A DNA stretch of 64,000 nucleotides from Candidatus Thorarchaeota archaeon (GCA_004524445.1 SDNP01000009.1:1-64000), one strand, 5' to 3'; positions 9,411 through 19,812 are shown, numbered from the stretch's first letter. Notes: generated by a model not told the origin, from the letters alone. Translations and numbers: made by a program.

Positions 9411-10553
9411 GTGAGTACCATGCCGAAATCAAAACTGGATATTGAGCTCTTGGAAAAATTATGCAACGAATTTGGCCCTAGCGGGCATGAAGAAGAAGTT
9501 CAACGAATTGTTCGAAAGTATGGTGAAAAATATGCGGATGACATTGTGTTTGATCGTTTGGGCTCTCTTGCCTTCAAGAAGGGCACAACGGGTCCGAAAA
9601 TAATGTTAGCAGGCCATGTTGATGAAATCGGCTTTGTGATCAGTGAGGTTACCAAAGAAGGATATCTAAAATTCCATCAGCTTGGCGGATGGTGGGATCA
9701 GACATTGCTTACTCAACAGGTCTTACTTCGTCCATTCAAAGGAGCGGAAAAAATCATAGGCGTCATTGGTGCGCCTCCACCTCATGTTCTCAAAGAAGAA
9801 CAGAGAAACAAAGTTGTGAAAAAGGAGGATATGTGGATTGACATTGGCTGCAGCTCAAAGGAAGAAGTGGAAAAACTGGGAATTCGTGTCGGAGACCCCG
9901 CAGTTCCAGTCAGTAAGTTTAGAATCATGAAACGGAAATGGATTGAGAAAGACGAAGACAATGGTTCCAAAAAGACACGGGAAGTCACTCTTGGGATGGC
10001 CAAGGCATTCGATGACCGGATTGGTGTCTTCATCGCGTTGGAGGTCTTGCGCAGGTTATCTGAAGAGGGAATTGATCATCCCAACACTGTCTATGCATGT
10101 TCAACAGTACAGGAGGAAGTTGGTCTTCGCGGAGCGCAGACGGCCGCTAAGATGATTGAGCCCGATTTGGGTTTCGCTCTAGATGTCGATATTTCCGGTG
10201 ACTCTCCTGGAAGTGAAGGGCTCGTTCAAAAAATGGGTAAGGGTGTTGCAATATCTGCCGGAGACAGTTCAATGATTCCTAATCCTCGATTGAGGCGTTT
10301 CGTACTGAATGTCGCTGAAGAAACGGGGATTCGACATCAAGCCGCATTTTTGAAATCGGGAGGTACTGATGCTGGAGCCATTCATCTCACGGGAATGGGT
10401 GTCCCCTCCCTATTCTTGGGCATACCCACTCGATATATTCACTCCCATAATGGGATTCTTGATTTGGGTGATGTAGAAAATGCTATCAATCTTCTGATTG
10501 AGATTATCAAAAGGATGGATGAAAAGACAACTAAGAGCTTCACTGAAATATGA
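9411..10553 (+). CDS. M42 (TET) aminopeptidase
   Basis: GHVDEIG, AKAFDDRIG, QEEVGLRGA, GGTDAG, RYIHS. Confidence 0.93.
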   Translation: MSTMPKSKLDIELLEKLCNEFGPSGHEEEVQRIVRKYGEKYADDIVFDRLGSLAFKKGTTGPKIMLAGHVDEIGFVISEVTKEGYLKFHQLGGWWDQTLLTQQVLLRPFKGAEKIIGVIGAPPPHVLKEEQRNKVVKKEDMWIDIGCSSKEEVEKLGIRVGDPAVPVSKFRIMKRKWIEKDEDNGSKKTREVTLGMAKAFDDRIGVFIALEVLRRLSEEGIDHPNTVYACSTVQEEVGLRGAQTAAKMIEPDLGFALDVDISGDSPGSEGLVQKMGKGVAISAGDSSMIPNPRLRRFVLNVAEETGIRHQAAFLKSGGTDAGAIHLTGMGVPSLFLGIPTRYIHSHNGILDLGDVENAINLLIEIIKRMDEKTTKSFTEI

Positions 10554-10565
10554 AATGAGAATATG

Positions 10566-10600
10566 GTTGCCTAGAAACCTAGGCAACTCTCTCTTTTTTT
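10566..10600. terminator. Hairpin plus U-tract between convergent genes
   Basis: GTTGCCTAG-AAAC-CTAGGCAAC followed by tctctcttttttt. Confidence 0.7.
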
Positions 10601-10601
10601 A

Positions 10602-11690
10602 TTATCTCTCGCGCTTACCCTCAATAAATTCGTCAACTCTGTTCCGGGCCTCGAAATCGTCAATCTGATACCTTGGATGTTTGAAGCAATATGAACTGAT
10701 GCTAGAGAGTTCTCCGCTTATTCCTCTATCAAGCGCAATTTTCACAGCTCGAGCTACGTCAATAATAACTCCGCCACTATTTGGTGAATCTTGAACAGAT
10801 AATTTCAGATCAAGGTCAAGTGGCAGGTCCCCAAACGCCTTTGAGCGCATGCTTATGTAGCACACCTTATTGTCATCCAAAAAGGGCACGTAGTCACTCG
10901 GGCCTATTTTTGTCGGCAACTCATATTTGACACAGCTTGTGACTGCCTCAGTTTTGCTGATTCTCTTCGATGAGAGCCTTTCTTCGACCTGCATATTCTC
11001 AAAATCTGTGTTGCCGCCGATATTCAACTGATAGGTATTCTGAAGCTCAAGTCCACGTTTGTCAAATAGTTGGGCCAATACTCTGTGAAGAATCGTGGCT
11101 CCTAATTGGCTCTTTATGTCATCCCCTGCACAAGGGAGCCCCTTCTTATCAAAACCTTGAGCAATCGGAGAATTGGGATCTGAAACTATGAATTCGGGAA
11201 TGGCGTTGATGAAGCCAATTTCTGCTTCAAGTGCAGCTTTCGCGTACATTCTCGAACTATTTGCACTACCCACGGGAAGATATGAAACAAGCATGTCTGC
11301 TTTTGATTTTCTTAGCTCTTCTGCAACATCTACCGATTCTATCTCATCTTCATCGTAAGCAAAGAAGGACTCGCGCATATGCGGCGCAACACCGTCCGAG
11401 ATAGGCCCTGGTAACACATTGGTACCAGTCTTGGGCACATCCGGAGCAAATTTCACACAGCAATTTGGTTTTACCCACATTGCATCTGCTATATCTTTGC
11501 CTATCTTGTGTCTGTTCGCTTCGAACGCCGCTACGAATTTCAAGTCCTTTGGATAATACCCGCCAAAGTCCACATGCATGAGGCCCGGGACATTATCCCC
11601 TGCCTTAGCATTTCTGTAATAGTGTGCACCTTGTATCAGGGCTGATGCGCAGTTTCCGAGTCCAGCTATTGCTATTCTCACGTCACCCAT
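10602..11690 (-). CDS. ino1: myo-inositol-1-phosphate synthase
   Basis: GLGNCASALIQG, YLPVGS, GDDIKSQLGAT, QLNIGGNTDF, DSPNSGG. Confidence 0.95.
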   Translation of the reverse strand: MGDVRIAIAGLGNCASALIQGAHYYRNAKAGDNVPGLMHVDFGGYYPKDLKFVAAFEANRHKIGKDIADAMWVKPNCCVKFAPDVPKTGTNVLPGPISDGVAPHMRESFFAYDEDEIESVDVAEELRKSKADMLVSYLPVGSANSSRMYAKAALEAEIGFINAIPEFIVSDPNSPIAQGFDKKGLPCAGDDIKSQLGATILHRVLAQLFDKRGLELQNTYQLNIGGNTDFENMQVEERLSSKRISKTEAVTSCVKYELPTKIGPSDYVPFLDDNKVCYISMRSKAFGDLPLDLDLKLSVQDSPNSGGVIIDVARAVKIALDRGISGELSSISSYCFKHPRYQIDDFEARNRVDEFIEGKRER

Positions 11691-11784
11691 TTCAGAATCA
11701 TGCTTCCTGTTCTCGTCAAACTTCGAAGATAGGACCTCTCTTATAAAGTTTTATGGCCATATAATAGTTCTATGTCTATTTGTG

Positions 11785-12606
11785 CTACTCTATTTCTTCT
11801 CCGTTATCGGAGTCTGACCCGTACTCTGCAAAGAGTAATTCCTTTGCAGAATTGAGTGTCTTCTTACCAACGCCATGGACATCAGTCCACTCATCAATTC
11901 TAGAAATTGCCTGTGCGGGGTTGCCGAAGTGCTCTAGAAGGCTCTTGGCACGTACAACATTGACGCTAGGAAATCCTGCCATAAAAAACTCCTGCTCATC
12001 GTCTATTGTGTCCAATCCCTTTCTTGTTCGAACAACCGGCAATCTCTGTGTCTTCTCATTATCTAAAATATCTCCCTCGGTCAGGACTCCGTAGAGCAAG
12101 CCGGCTGAATGAAGAGCATTGAAACCCTTGAGAATCTTGATGCCTCTATCCTTGACACTATCAATCAGACCAAGTAATGAACTAGGGTGAATGAAGCTCA
12201 CTCGTTCCATAGTAACATAGAATGGCTTCCCTTTTGTCTTGTTGCTCTTGAATGGAATGTAGATGCATCCTTTTGAGGGATCCCTCCTTATTGCTAATAT
12301 GTCCTCAATAAGAAGGAAGGGCTTTTCATACTCTACGAGGGCGTCCATCTGCTTTTGGAATCGAGGCACACCTGTTGCGCTTCCTTTTAATGTATTTACT
12401 AAATCGCTAACTGTCTTTCTTTCAATTGCCACTCCATTCATTCCTAAGACGTCACCGATAGGTATCTTCTGAATGGCATACTTGATATCTTCTTTTTCTA
12501 ACATCGACATGAGATGTTTTACGGCATTCTTTCTCTTCCCCTTGGTTTCATGGATGTCGATCACAATTAGAGGTACGTTACCATAAAGGTCTGTTTGCAT
12601 GGTCAA
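11785..12606 (-). CDS. xpf: XPF/ERCC4 structure-specific endonuclease with HhH domain
   Basis: IDIHE, IGD, IERKTVSDL nuclease motifs; C-terminal VHGVGKK. Confidence 0.82.
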   Translation of the reverse strand: MTMQTDLYGNVPLIVIDIHETKGKRKNAVKHLMSMLEKEDIKYAIQKIPIGDVLGMNGVAIERKTVSDLVNTLKGSATGVPRFQKQMDALVEYEKPFLLIEDILAIRRDPSKGCIYIPFKSNKTKGKPFYVTMERVSFIHPSSLLGLIDSVKDRGIKILKGFNALHSAGLLYGVLTEGDILDNEKTQRLPVVRTRKGLDTIDDEQEFFMAGFPSVNVVRAKSLLEHFGNPAQAISRIDEWTDVHGVGKKTLNSAKELLFAEYGSDSDNGEEIE

Positions 12607-13241
12607 TCTCCCTCAAATAGTGTCAATACTGCTGCCATGGAAACTTCTCGAGCCAAATTCTCACTCACTGCAGTTCCAATCACTACAGCATCACCATCTT
12701 CTACTCTCAGGCTTTCCGAAATGAGAAGCGCCTCATCTTCATATACAAGAAGTATCTTGAAATCATCGGGTGGAATAACAAGAACCCCGTCCTTCATCAC
12801 TAGGGTTGTAGCACCAGCTTTTCCAGCACCGCCTCTTATTATTGCTTCATCTCGTTGTCGTATTCCATCAGTGACTGCTTCCGCCTTATCAGAAACTCTG
12901 TTGGCAAAAGAGTGACCAAAAACTGCAAGTTTGCGAAGTGGAAGTGAGAGTCCAATAGGAATGTCCTCCGTGACACGATTATACAACTCCTGCCCATCTT
13001 CAGTGAGCTTCTGACCTTGCCGACTCACTGCAGTGATTAGATTTGATTCTGTCAGACGTTTTAGAAGCGTTCGTACAGTGCCCTCACCTATAGACATCCG
13101 TCTGCAAAGCTCGTATCGCCCCAAAGGCTGTTCTCTGCCGATAAGAATGAATGCAACTGCTATATGATGCGCTTCAAATGATGGTGGTACACGACCATCG
13201 ACAGGTTCTGCAAGAGCAACGAACTCCTGTTTCCAAGACAT
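12603..13241 (-). CDS. DUF2111/DUF4443-type winged-helix regulator
   Basis: PLGRYELCRRMSIGEGTVRTLLKRL; GIRQRDEAIIRG.....GAT. Confidence 0.8.
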   Translation of the reverse strand: MSWKQEFVALAEPVDGRVPPSFEAHHIAVAFILIGREQPLGRYELCRRMSIGEGTVRTLLKRLTESNLITAVSRQGQKLTEDGQELYNRVTEDIPIGLSLPLRKLAVFGHSFANRVSDKAEAVTDGIRQRDEAIIRGGAGKAGATTLVMKDGVLVIPPDDFKILLVYEDEALLISESLRVEDGDAVVIGTAVSENLAREVSMAAVLTLFEGD

Positions 13242-13282
13242 TTCTTATGACGCTCCCTTTATTTTGTCTTCCAATCCTCTTT

Positions 13283-13873
13283 TTATTCTTCGGAGTATAC
13301 GTGCTTATCTGATGACCATATCTCATATCTGAAATGATTCTTCAATACTGTTTCCAATGTTGGGACCACCTGACTAAAGATCAGAATGTTGGATGCTATG
13401 TGTATCAAACTCCATGAGAATCCGGTTATGATTGCAACACCAAAGGGTATACCGAATGCCAAGGAATATCCCAAGTTTGTAGAAAGGTCGAAAAAGAGTG
13501 TCACTACCCCTCCAATGAATCCCATTTTCAATGGAAAATATATGTCATAGGACACGATTTCCTCTCCTTTTGCCATTAACGAGCCAATCAGCGCTACAAA
13601 TAACCATCCAAAAACTTGCGCTAACCAAATTTGCGGAATGAAACCCCCCCATGGGTTTACCATCCCGAAGATTACTGACATAATCATGACACAGGCAATT
13701 GCCATACCCAGGTCAAACACGAATGCTGTGATGAATATTATTGAGGTGCCAAGTTCCATGTTTGGAAGAAAGACCAACGCGTAATTTCCAATGAGTGCGA
13801 GGGCCGCCATGTTTGCCGTGATAGCAACTCGTCTACTACTCGATATTCCCTCAGGTAACTCGTGGTTTGTCAT
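13283..13873 (-). CDS. ECF transporter S component (CbrT/cobalamin-like)
   Basis: About 6 TM, AAL..IG......LPNME, P.IW.AQVFGW, H..SN; next to DUF4430 gene. Confidence 0.75.
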   Translation of the reverse strand: MTNHELPEGISSSRRVAITANMAALALIGNYALVFLPNMELGTSIIFITAFVFDLGMAIACVMIMSVIFGMVNPWGGFIPQIWLAQVFGWLFVALIGSLMAKGEEIVSYDIYFPLKMGFIGGVVTLFFDLSTNLGYSLAFGIPFGVAIITGFSWSLIHIASNILIFSQVVPTLETVLKNHFRYEIWSSDKHVYSEE

Positions 13874-13880
13874 GCGTGCT

Positions 13881-14639
13881 TCACACTGCCTCTCGCTTCA
13901 TCTTAGATATAGCTAGTGCCGCCCCAAGCACCACGATTACACTGATCAAACCAAGTGCGTATAGAGGGGGCTGGTGTACACTTCCCACCGATTCCAGTTC
14001 TACAACCAATGAGTATGGCTCACCAAATGAGTAGCTGGTGTTTCCTCTGACCAAGAGGCCCGATGTGGTGTCATATGCAAGTTCAGTCCTCTGGGGTTCT
14101 CCAAAGGCTGTGGGATCTTGCTCATAATCAAATACGATGCACTCATAGGTTGTAGCACCGATGGTAATATTGCGAAAATCGCTCTCCATCGTTCCATTGA
14201 GGTAATTACCCTGCACACGTTCTGCTGAATCATGAGCTGTATCATTGAGTTCAGCAAGCTCAGTATCTCCTATGGGTACTACTAAGCCAGGAAAGAATGA
14301 CGTTAGCCCCCATACTCCCAGAACCAATTCTCGGGCGATATCCGTGTCATTTGCAGGCAGGGAGAGATTTCCTATTGAGAACCTGCCTGCAACATCTTCT
14401 CGTATTTCCGTTACTTCAAAAGCCATCTTGCCTTGTTCTCCCGCAATCCAAGCCTTCTGTCCTGTCCATCCCCAGGCAAAGGCTACATCTGGAGACTCAA
14501 GAATATCCCAAACGAAATAGGGATGAGAAAAGTAATCCGGCTTGGCAATACTACTGTATCCGTCAGAAGAGTAGGGGGTCAAAATGGATATTGATAGCAA
14601 AATCACGATGAGAAACTCTGTATACTTCATTATTTGCAA
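13881..14639 (-). CDS. Secreted, C-terminally membrane-anchored hypothetical protein
   Basis: Signal peptide, YD..SGLL motif, C-terminal TM plus basic tail. Confidence 0.7.
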   Translation of the reverse strand: MQIMKYTEFLIVILLSISILTPYSSDGYSSIAKPDYFSHPYFVWDILESPDVAFAWGWTGQKAWIAGEQGKMAFEVTEIREDVAGRFSIGNLSLPANDTDIARELVLGVWGLTSFFPGLVVPIGDTELAELNDTAHDSAERVQGNYLNGTMESDFRNITIGATTYECIVFDYEQDPTAFGEPQRTELAYDTTSGLLVRGNTSYSFGEPYSLVVELESVGSVHQPPLYALGLISVIVVLGAALAISKMKREAV

Positions 14640-15137
14640 TCACTCTGTGCTTCTATTTTTCAAAAACAAGACAACTCCAATTGCAGCAATTGGTAATAAG
14701 AGGAGAGCAGCTACTGTTGAAACATCGATGTCAGTCGCGCCATCATCTGCACTTTGAGGGGGTGCCCTTCTCCAAGCAATTTCATCTCCTTGCTGAGGAA
14801 TGTACTTGTTCGCTGCCACGGGTGCTAGCTCATCATTCACCCAATATTGCCACCATAATCCTGCATCCGCATCATTGGATACTCCAGCGATTGCCGTTAC
14901 GAAAACATTGTCTGCATACCAATCGGCTTCTACGGATACAACAGCTCTGGTTGCATTGAGAACAGTTGTTCCATTGACCGATGGGAATTCTAGGATTGTT
15001 TCATTACCAAAGTCTATCTTGAGGTGAAGGTCTGTTGTCTGCGGCTCAAATTTGACTGACGGGACTCGGGCTCCCGATACTTCTGCCATATATGGTAGAA
15101 GAAGCATAAGGATAATGAAAACTTGTGTCCGGCCCAT
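14640..15137 (-). CDS. DUF4430 (transcobalamin C-terminal-like) membrane-anchored protein
   Basis: TVLNAT, FVTAIAGV, WWQYWVN...APVAANKY....GDEIAW. Confidence 0.85.
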   Translation of the reverse strand: MGRTQVFIILMLLLPYMAEVSGARVPSVKFEPQTTDLHLKIDFGNETILEFPSVNGTTVLNATRAVVSVEADWYADNVFVTAIAGVSNDADAGLWWQYWVNDELAPVAANKYIPQQGDEIAWRRAPPQSADDGATDIDVSTVAALLLLPIAAIGVVLFLKNRSTE

Positions 15138-15284
15138 TTCATCACCGCGTAGGATAACTTAACCTACAAGATGTTGTTTGGATTATAAATATTGTCTTCT
15201 TTGTCTGTCACCTAGACTTTGACCGAAGCATCTAATACGGACAAAAAACCGCTGGGATTTGATTATGTTAGGAGATAATGTTGC

Positions 15285-15926
15285 ATGAGTCCCATTGATT
15301 CCTTTGATTATCCTGGCCATCTCTTTGTCATTGAAGGTATCGACGGGGCAGGCAAGACAACCGTCTGTGATAGAATAATTTCCATTCTTAGGCAATCAGG
15401 CCATGAAGTGGTCAAGCTGCGAGAACCTACGGATGAAAATCCCTATGGTCTAGAAATCCGGAAACGTTCTCCGAAGGGAGAATTATCACCCAAAGAAGAA
15501 CTTGAATTATTTATTCGAGATAGAGAGTGGAACGTGAACAATCGTATTCTTCCTGCGCTCAGGAATGGAGTGATTGTTCTCTTGGATCGCTATTTCTTTG
15601 CAACTGGAGCTTATCAATCGGTGAGTACGGGAATAGACTGGCGTATTATTTTGGAGCGAAATCGGACTGAGATTGATGCTCCAGAGCCTGAACTCGTGTT
15701 TATCCTTGATATTGCTGCAGACGAAGGGCTGAAACGGATTTCCGGCAGTGGTCGTGAAATTAACCTGCAATTTGAAAAACTTGAACGTTTAGTAAGGGTG
15801 AGAAACGCCTATCTCGAGATGGCTCGAGAAGACACAGGTCGGTATAGAGTAATCGATGCAACGATGCCCTTACCGAAGGTAGTAGAGATAGTACTTGATG
15901 AGATACAGTCGATCATCTCGTCTTGA
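15285..15926 (+). CDS. tmk: Thymidylate kinase
   Basis: IEGIDGAGKTT, REP, LDRYF...GAYQ. Confidence 0.95.
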   Translation: MSPIDSFDYPGHLFVIEGIDGAGKTTVCDRIISILRQSGHEVVKLREPTDENPYGLEIRKRSPKGELSPKEELELFIRDREWNVNNRILPALRNGVIVLLDRYFFATGAYQSVSTGIDWRIILERNRTEIDAPEPELVFILDIAADEGLKRISGSGREINLQFEKLERLVRVRNAYLEMAREDTGRYRVIDATMPLPKVVEIVLDEIQSIISS

Positions 15927-16048
15927 AAGCAGAATTTCATATTCCGCGGAAGGTCTAGTGACAAGCTTTTTTAGGAACTCAACACGTTTGCCTACAAAGT
16001 ACAGCATCTTCGCTGGCCTACCTCGATGGGACCGGAGATAGGTAAAAT

Positions 16049-17188
16049 ATGCCTGTTGCAATGCTACTAATAGATTGGGATTCGAAAGTTGGTGCAGTTC
16101 TCAAAGCCAAAGTGCCTGCAGACTTCGCCGACTACTACAAAGAAGATCTCAATACAGAAATCATGCGAATTTTCACATCACACGCCATGGGTGATGCTAC
16201 TGCAGGATTCTCAACTTTAAGTGTGAGAATTGGCGGAGAAGAATACAGTGTTGCATCATATTACACTGGAATTGTGCGTGAAGAAGAGCAGTATTGTATT
16301 TCTCTGCTCCTAACCCCCTCAGAAGACGCAAAAACCTACGAGGCTGCTATTACTTCTGTGGTCTCTCCAATTACGAATTCTGTTGTATCGATGACGGATG
16401 CTGAACTTCAAGAAGAACTTGATAACACCTATCGTAGAATCATTCGGCTTGCAGGGATGACTGATGAGTCACGCTTGGCTCGTTTGTTCTCTGACGAAGT
16501 GTCCCGTGCTGTCTTCCCCAAACTATGGAAGGGTGGCATAACAAAAGAGGACCTAGAAGAATGGCTCAAGATGGTTACAGGGCTTCCAAGCGTCAGTGTT
16601 GATTCTATTATAGCACCGTTCGAAGAACTGGGTCTCGTGAAAACTGAATGGGTGGACGAGATTGGTAGATCATGCGTTTTCATGATTAAGGACTTGGAAG
16701 TGTTTAGAGCACCCCCATTGACTTCCATGGAGGCTTCCAGCTCAATTCTTGATCCGGAGTTGGCTGCAGAATATAAGGCAGAAGTCTTGGAATTTCTGAC
16801 AGAGTGGAAGAAAACTCCCGAAGACACGGTTGCTATCGCAGAGATATTAGCTGACCCCGACGCTTATGATGTTCTGAGTATTTTACGACGTGGTCCCGTG
16901 AATATTTCTGAACTTGAGGCAACCTTAGGCATCCCGCCAAAAGAACTCAAACAAGCGATACAGAGCCTGAAGAAGTATCGGATCATTTCAGAGAAACGCC
17001 GAAAGGGGCCATCTGGTGAATATGACAAGTGGCTATTTCTACTAAATGATATCCGAGTTAGGCTCTTTTTCCCGGAGTACTTCCTCAACACATTGGTCAC
17101 AGAATTGGAAAAGAACCCGGATGATGAACGAATGATGGAACTTGTTCATCAGCATCTCCGGCTCTTGCGTGACAACTTTCCGAGATGA
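16049..17188 (+). CDS. uDENN/longin-like domain plus tandem winged-helix protein
   Basis: LLIDWDSKVGAVLKAKVP start typical of uDENN/NPRL2-type longins; two wHTH segments. Confidence 0.65.
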   Translation: MPVAMLLIDWDSKVGAVLKAKVPADFADYYKEDLNTEIMRIFTSHAMGDATAGFSTLSVRIGGEEYSVASYYTGIVREEEQYCISLLLTPSEDAKTYEAAITSVVSPITNSVVSMTDAELQEELDNTYRRIIRLAGMTDESRLARLFSDEVSRAVFPKLWKGGITKEDLEEWLKMVTGLPSVSVDSIIAPFEELGLVKTEWVDEIGRSCVFMIKDLEVFRAPPLTSMEASSSILDPELAAEYKAEVLEFLTEWKKTPEDTVAIAEILADPDAYDVLSILRRGPVNISELEATLGIPPKELKQAIQSLKKYRIISEKRRKGPSGEYDKWLFLLNDIRVRLFFPEYFLNTLVTELEKNPDDERMMELVHQHLRLLRDNFPR

Positions 17189-17502
17189 ATTCAGGCGCAG
17201 CTATCGTTTTCACATAACCGGGGTTTGGGATGGGTTCCTATTTGCAGGATTAGTATGTTAAGTGAGCTGGAATCTCTTCACCATATGTAGACAACGTATA
17301 CTGATGTCGGAATATTGACATTCTTGGGAACTTTTGCACACCTGCTGCTTTATTTGAGCCAGAATCTCACTTTCTGCAAAACGAGGAATATTCATATATC
17401 TATAGAATAATTCTCCGCTTACCTGAAGTATGGGTGTACAATATCCCCCTCCAGAGGCTCAAAATGATACGCTTGTTAACGCGGTCCCATTTCCGTCATT
17501 GT

Positions 17503-17810
17503 TTAATGATGGACGAAGCCTTTGGAATACCAGCAGATTCTGTTGGTGAGGTCCCCGTAGATGTGAGGTTCTATTCTCACAAATTCGCACAATTTTTTGT
17601 ACACTTGTGCTGACGGTGTCCACGGATGCGGAAGGGGTATGCTTCGGCAGCCCATTCCGTTTCCAACTTTCTGACAGTCTGTTTTTTTTGGATTAGTCTC
17701 CTCTGCTGGAACAATGTCATCAATTTCTGAGTGGGGCTTTGCGGGACACGGGAATTCATCGCAGCAAGAACAAAATAGATGTCTGGTAAGGCTATAATAC
17801 AATAGACCAT
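17503..17810 (-). pseudogene. Probable degraded DUF3795-like Cys-rich gene
   Basis: FCSCCDEFPC in one frame; YC and RKLETEW...KCTKNC in another; T8 tract at 17682-17689. Confidence 0.4.
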
Positions 17811-17883
17811 ATCTGGGAAGTTATATTATTAGTGAAGATTGGAAAATGTGGCGATAGCGAAGATACCTCTCTGGTGATCACGG

Positions 17884-19812
17884 ATGATTCATAACACATT
17901 CCTCATGAGAATCTCTAGTAAGGAGATATTGGCCTCTAGTCAATACTGGCCAGTAGAGGTTACAGCTGAAAGCCTAGAGGAATTCATAGAAACAAGAGAA
18001 GAGCTTCGAAGTGATGATATTTCTCTAGCCAATTTGCCCCTGAGTATTGATGACGACAAATTCGTTGGCGCAGACGTTGTAAAGGATCTTGTTTTGATAT
18101 TCGTGAGCGATGTGGGTGAACAGGAACACACACTAATCGAGCATCTAGACTCCGCTGCAAAGATACTCAAGAGTCGCATTCAGCGTGATGGGCTTGAATA
18201 TGTTATAGACCACTATGAGTCTTTGATTGAGGACTCTATTACTACAAGGCTCAAGATTGCTCTAGTTGGAGAGGGCGGTACCGGTAAGACGACGACTCTC
18301 CATTTGTTATTGGGCGATACCCCGCCTCTCCAATATGTACCTACTATTGCCCTTAATCTTGAAACTGTTGAGAATATCAGATTTGGGAATTATTCGCTGG
18401 TTCTATGGGATTTCGCGGGGCAGGAGCGATTTAGAAACCTATGGCGGTTCTATTTCCATGGTGCGGATGTAATCTTCTTAGTGTGTGATTCCACACTTCG
18501 GAATGTCATTATCAGCAAAGACATTCTCAAGCTCATCAAACGTGATGCTCCTAAGGTACCTGTCTTTGCTTTGGCAAACAAACAGGATAAACCCAATGCC
18601 ATGAAGCCCGAGGTAGTTCAGAAAATTCTCGGTGTACCAACCTATCCAATGGTAGCAATTGATAAAAGCCGGCGGGATGAAATGCTTAGAATTCTAATGA
18701 ATGCTGCAGCACAATATGTGGGAGTTGCTCTTCCTGATTTGCCCCCTCAAGAATTACTCAGATTCACTGATGAAGCCACTGAGAGCGCAGCTGAAGCAAT
18801 CGAGAAGGGAGAACTATATGAAGAGGACGATGGATACGAAGAGATGGAAATTATCGAAGAGGTCTATATGGATGAAGAGGGGCATATTGTTGAGGCTACA
18901 GATGATTATGTGGTAGTAGAAGAGGTAGTCGAAGTAGTCGAGGATGAAGAAGTCGCTGAGCCAGAGGCAGTTGCCCAAGAAGCAACCGTTGAGTCACCCA
19001 AGGCAATGGTGGATGAGGAGTGGGCAGTTGAAACAACCTCACAAGGAGGAGATCGATCAGAAGAGATAATGATAGAAGCTGCGGAACCAGATGAGATTGC
19101 CTTAGAAGTGGAGGCGGTAGAAGAACAAGAAGAGGAATGGGAAATCGAACCCATATCAATCGAGGCACCTATGCCCAAGCAGATACCTGTTGAGACTCTG
19201 GAATCAGAGGAGATTGTGACCGAAGAAACGGAAGCAGAATGGGAGATAGAACCTGCACCAAGTGAGGAAGGCCCGCCGGCAAGGATCTCTGTTGAAGTCA
19301 GCGAACCTGAGGCGACTGATTTAGAGGCTGAAAAATCTCTTGGCATGCCATCTTTTGAGCAGGAAGAGAGAGAAGCAATACCAGCTGATTCTGATACATC
19401 CGTTCTGGCTGAAGAAGCGTTAGGCAGCGATGAAGATGGTCTCGAAACCACTGATAAGGAGGACGAGATGATAGATGGAAGTCAGATGGCTAGAGAACTA
19501 ATCTCCGAAGCTCTGGGTGCTGATGATATTGTGAGTGAGGAGATAGAACGCGCTTCGAAGGAGGATCTCGATACAGCACTTGAGGCTTTTTCAAGTGATG
19601 AAGTGCTTCCCCCTGATGAGGAATCTGAAACCGATAGTGAGGTGGATGATGAAGCAATCAGGGAGATTTACGGCATCCTAGGATCCGAGGAAGAGGATTT
19701 GGCGCATGTAACCGAAACTGAAGAAGATGAGGATGAGGAAGCAGATATCGATGAGCAATTGGCTGAACTTGATGAAATGTTCACAATGTTAGACTTTGAA
19801 TCTTCTGAATAA
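17884..19812 (+). CDS. Longin-like plus Arf-like small GTPase with about 350-aa acidic disordered tail
   Basis: GEGGTGKTT, YVPTI, WDFAGQERFRNLWRFYF, NKQD; Glu/Asp-rich tail. Confidence 0.88.
   Translation: MIHNTFLMRISSKEILASSQYWPVEVTAESLEEFIETREELRSDDISLANLPLSIDDDKFVGADVVKDLVLIFVSDVGEQEHTLIEHLDSAAKILKSRIQRDGLEYVIDHYESLIEDSITTRLKIALVGEGGTGKTTTLHLLLGDTPPLQYVPTIALNLETVENIRFGNYSLVLWDFAGQERFRNLWRFYFHGADVIFLVCDSTLRNVIISKDILKLIKRDAPKVPVFALANKQDKPNAMKPEVVQKILGVPTYPMVAIDKSRRDEMLRILMNAAAQYVGVALPDLPPQELLRFTDEATESAAEAIEKGELYEEDDGYEEMEIIEEVYMDEEGHIVEATDDYVVVEEVVEVVEDEEVAEPEAVAQEATVESPKAMVDEEWAVETTSQGGDRSEEIMIEAAEPDEIALEVEAVEEQEEEWEIEPISIEAPMPKQIPVETLESEEIVTEETEAEWEIEPAPSEEGPPARISVEVSEPEATDLEAEKSLGMPSFEQEEREAIPADSDTSVLAEEALGSDEDGLETTDKEDEMIDGSQMARELISEALGADDIVSEEIERASKEDLDTALEAFSSDEVLPPDEESETDSEVDDEAIREIYGILGSEEEDLAHVTETEEDEDEEADIDEQLAELDEMFTMLDFESSE

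Noticed and set aside
18906-19451. Ser-rich antisense ORFs here and many other shadow ORFs
   Set aside because: Reverse-complement artefacts of Glu/Asp-rich or conserved sense genes
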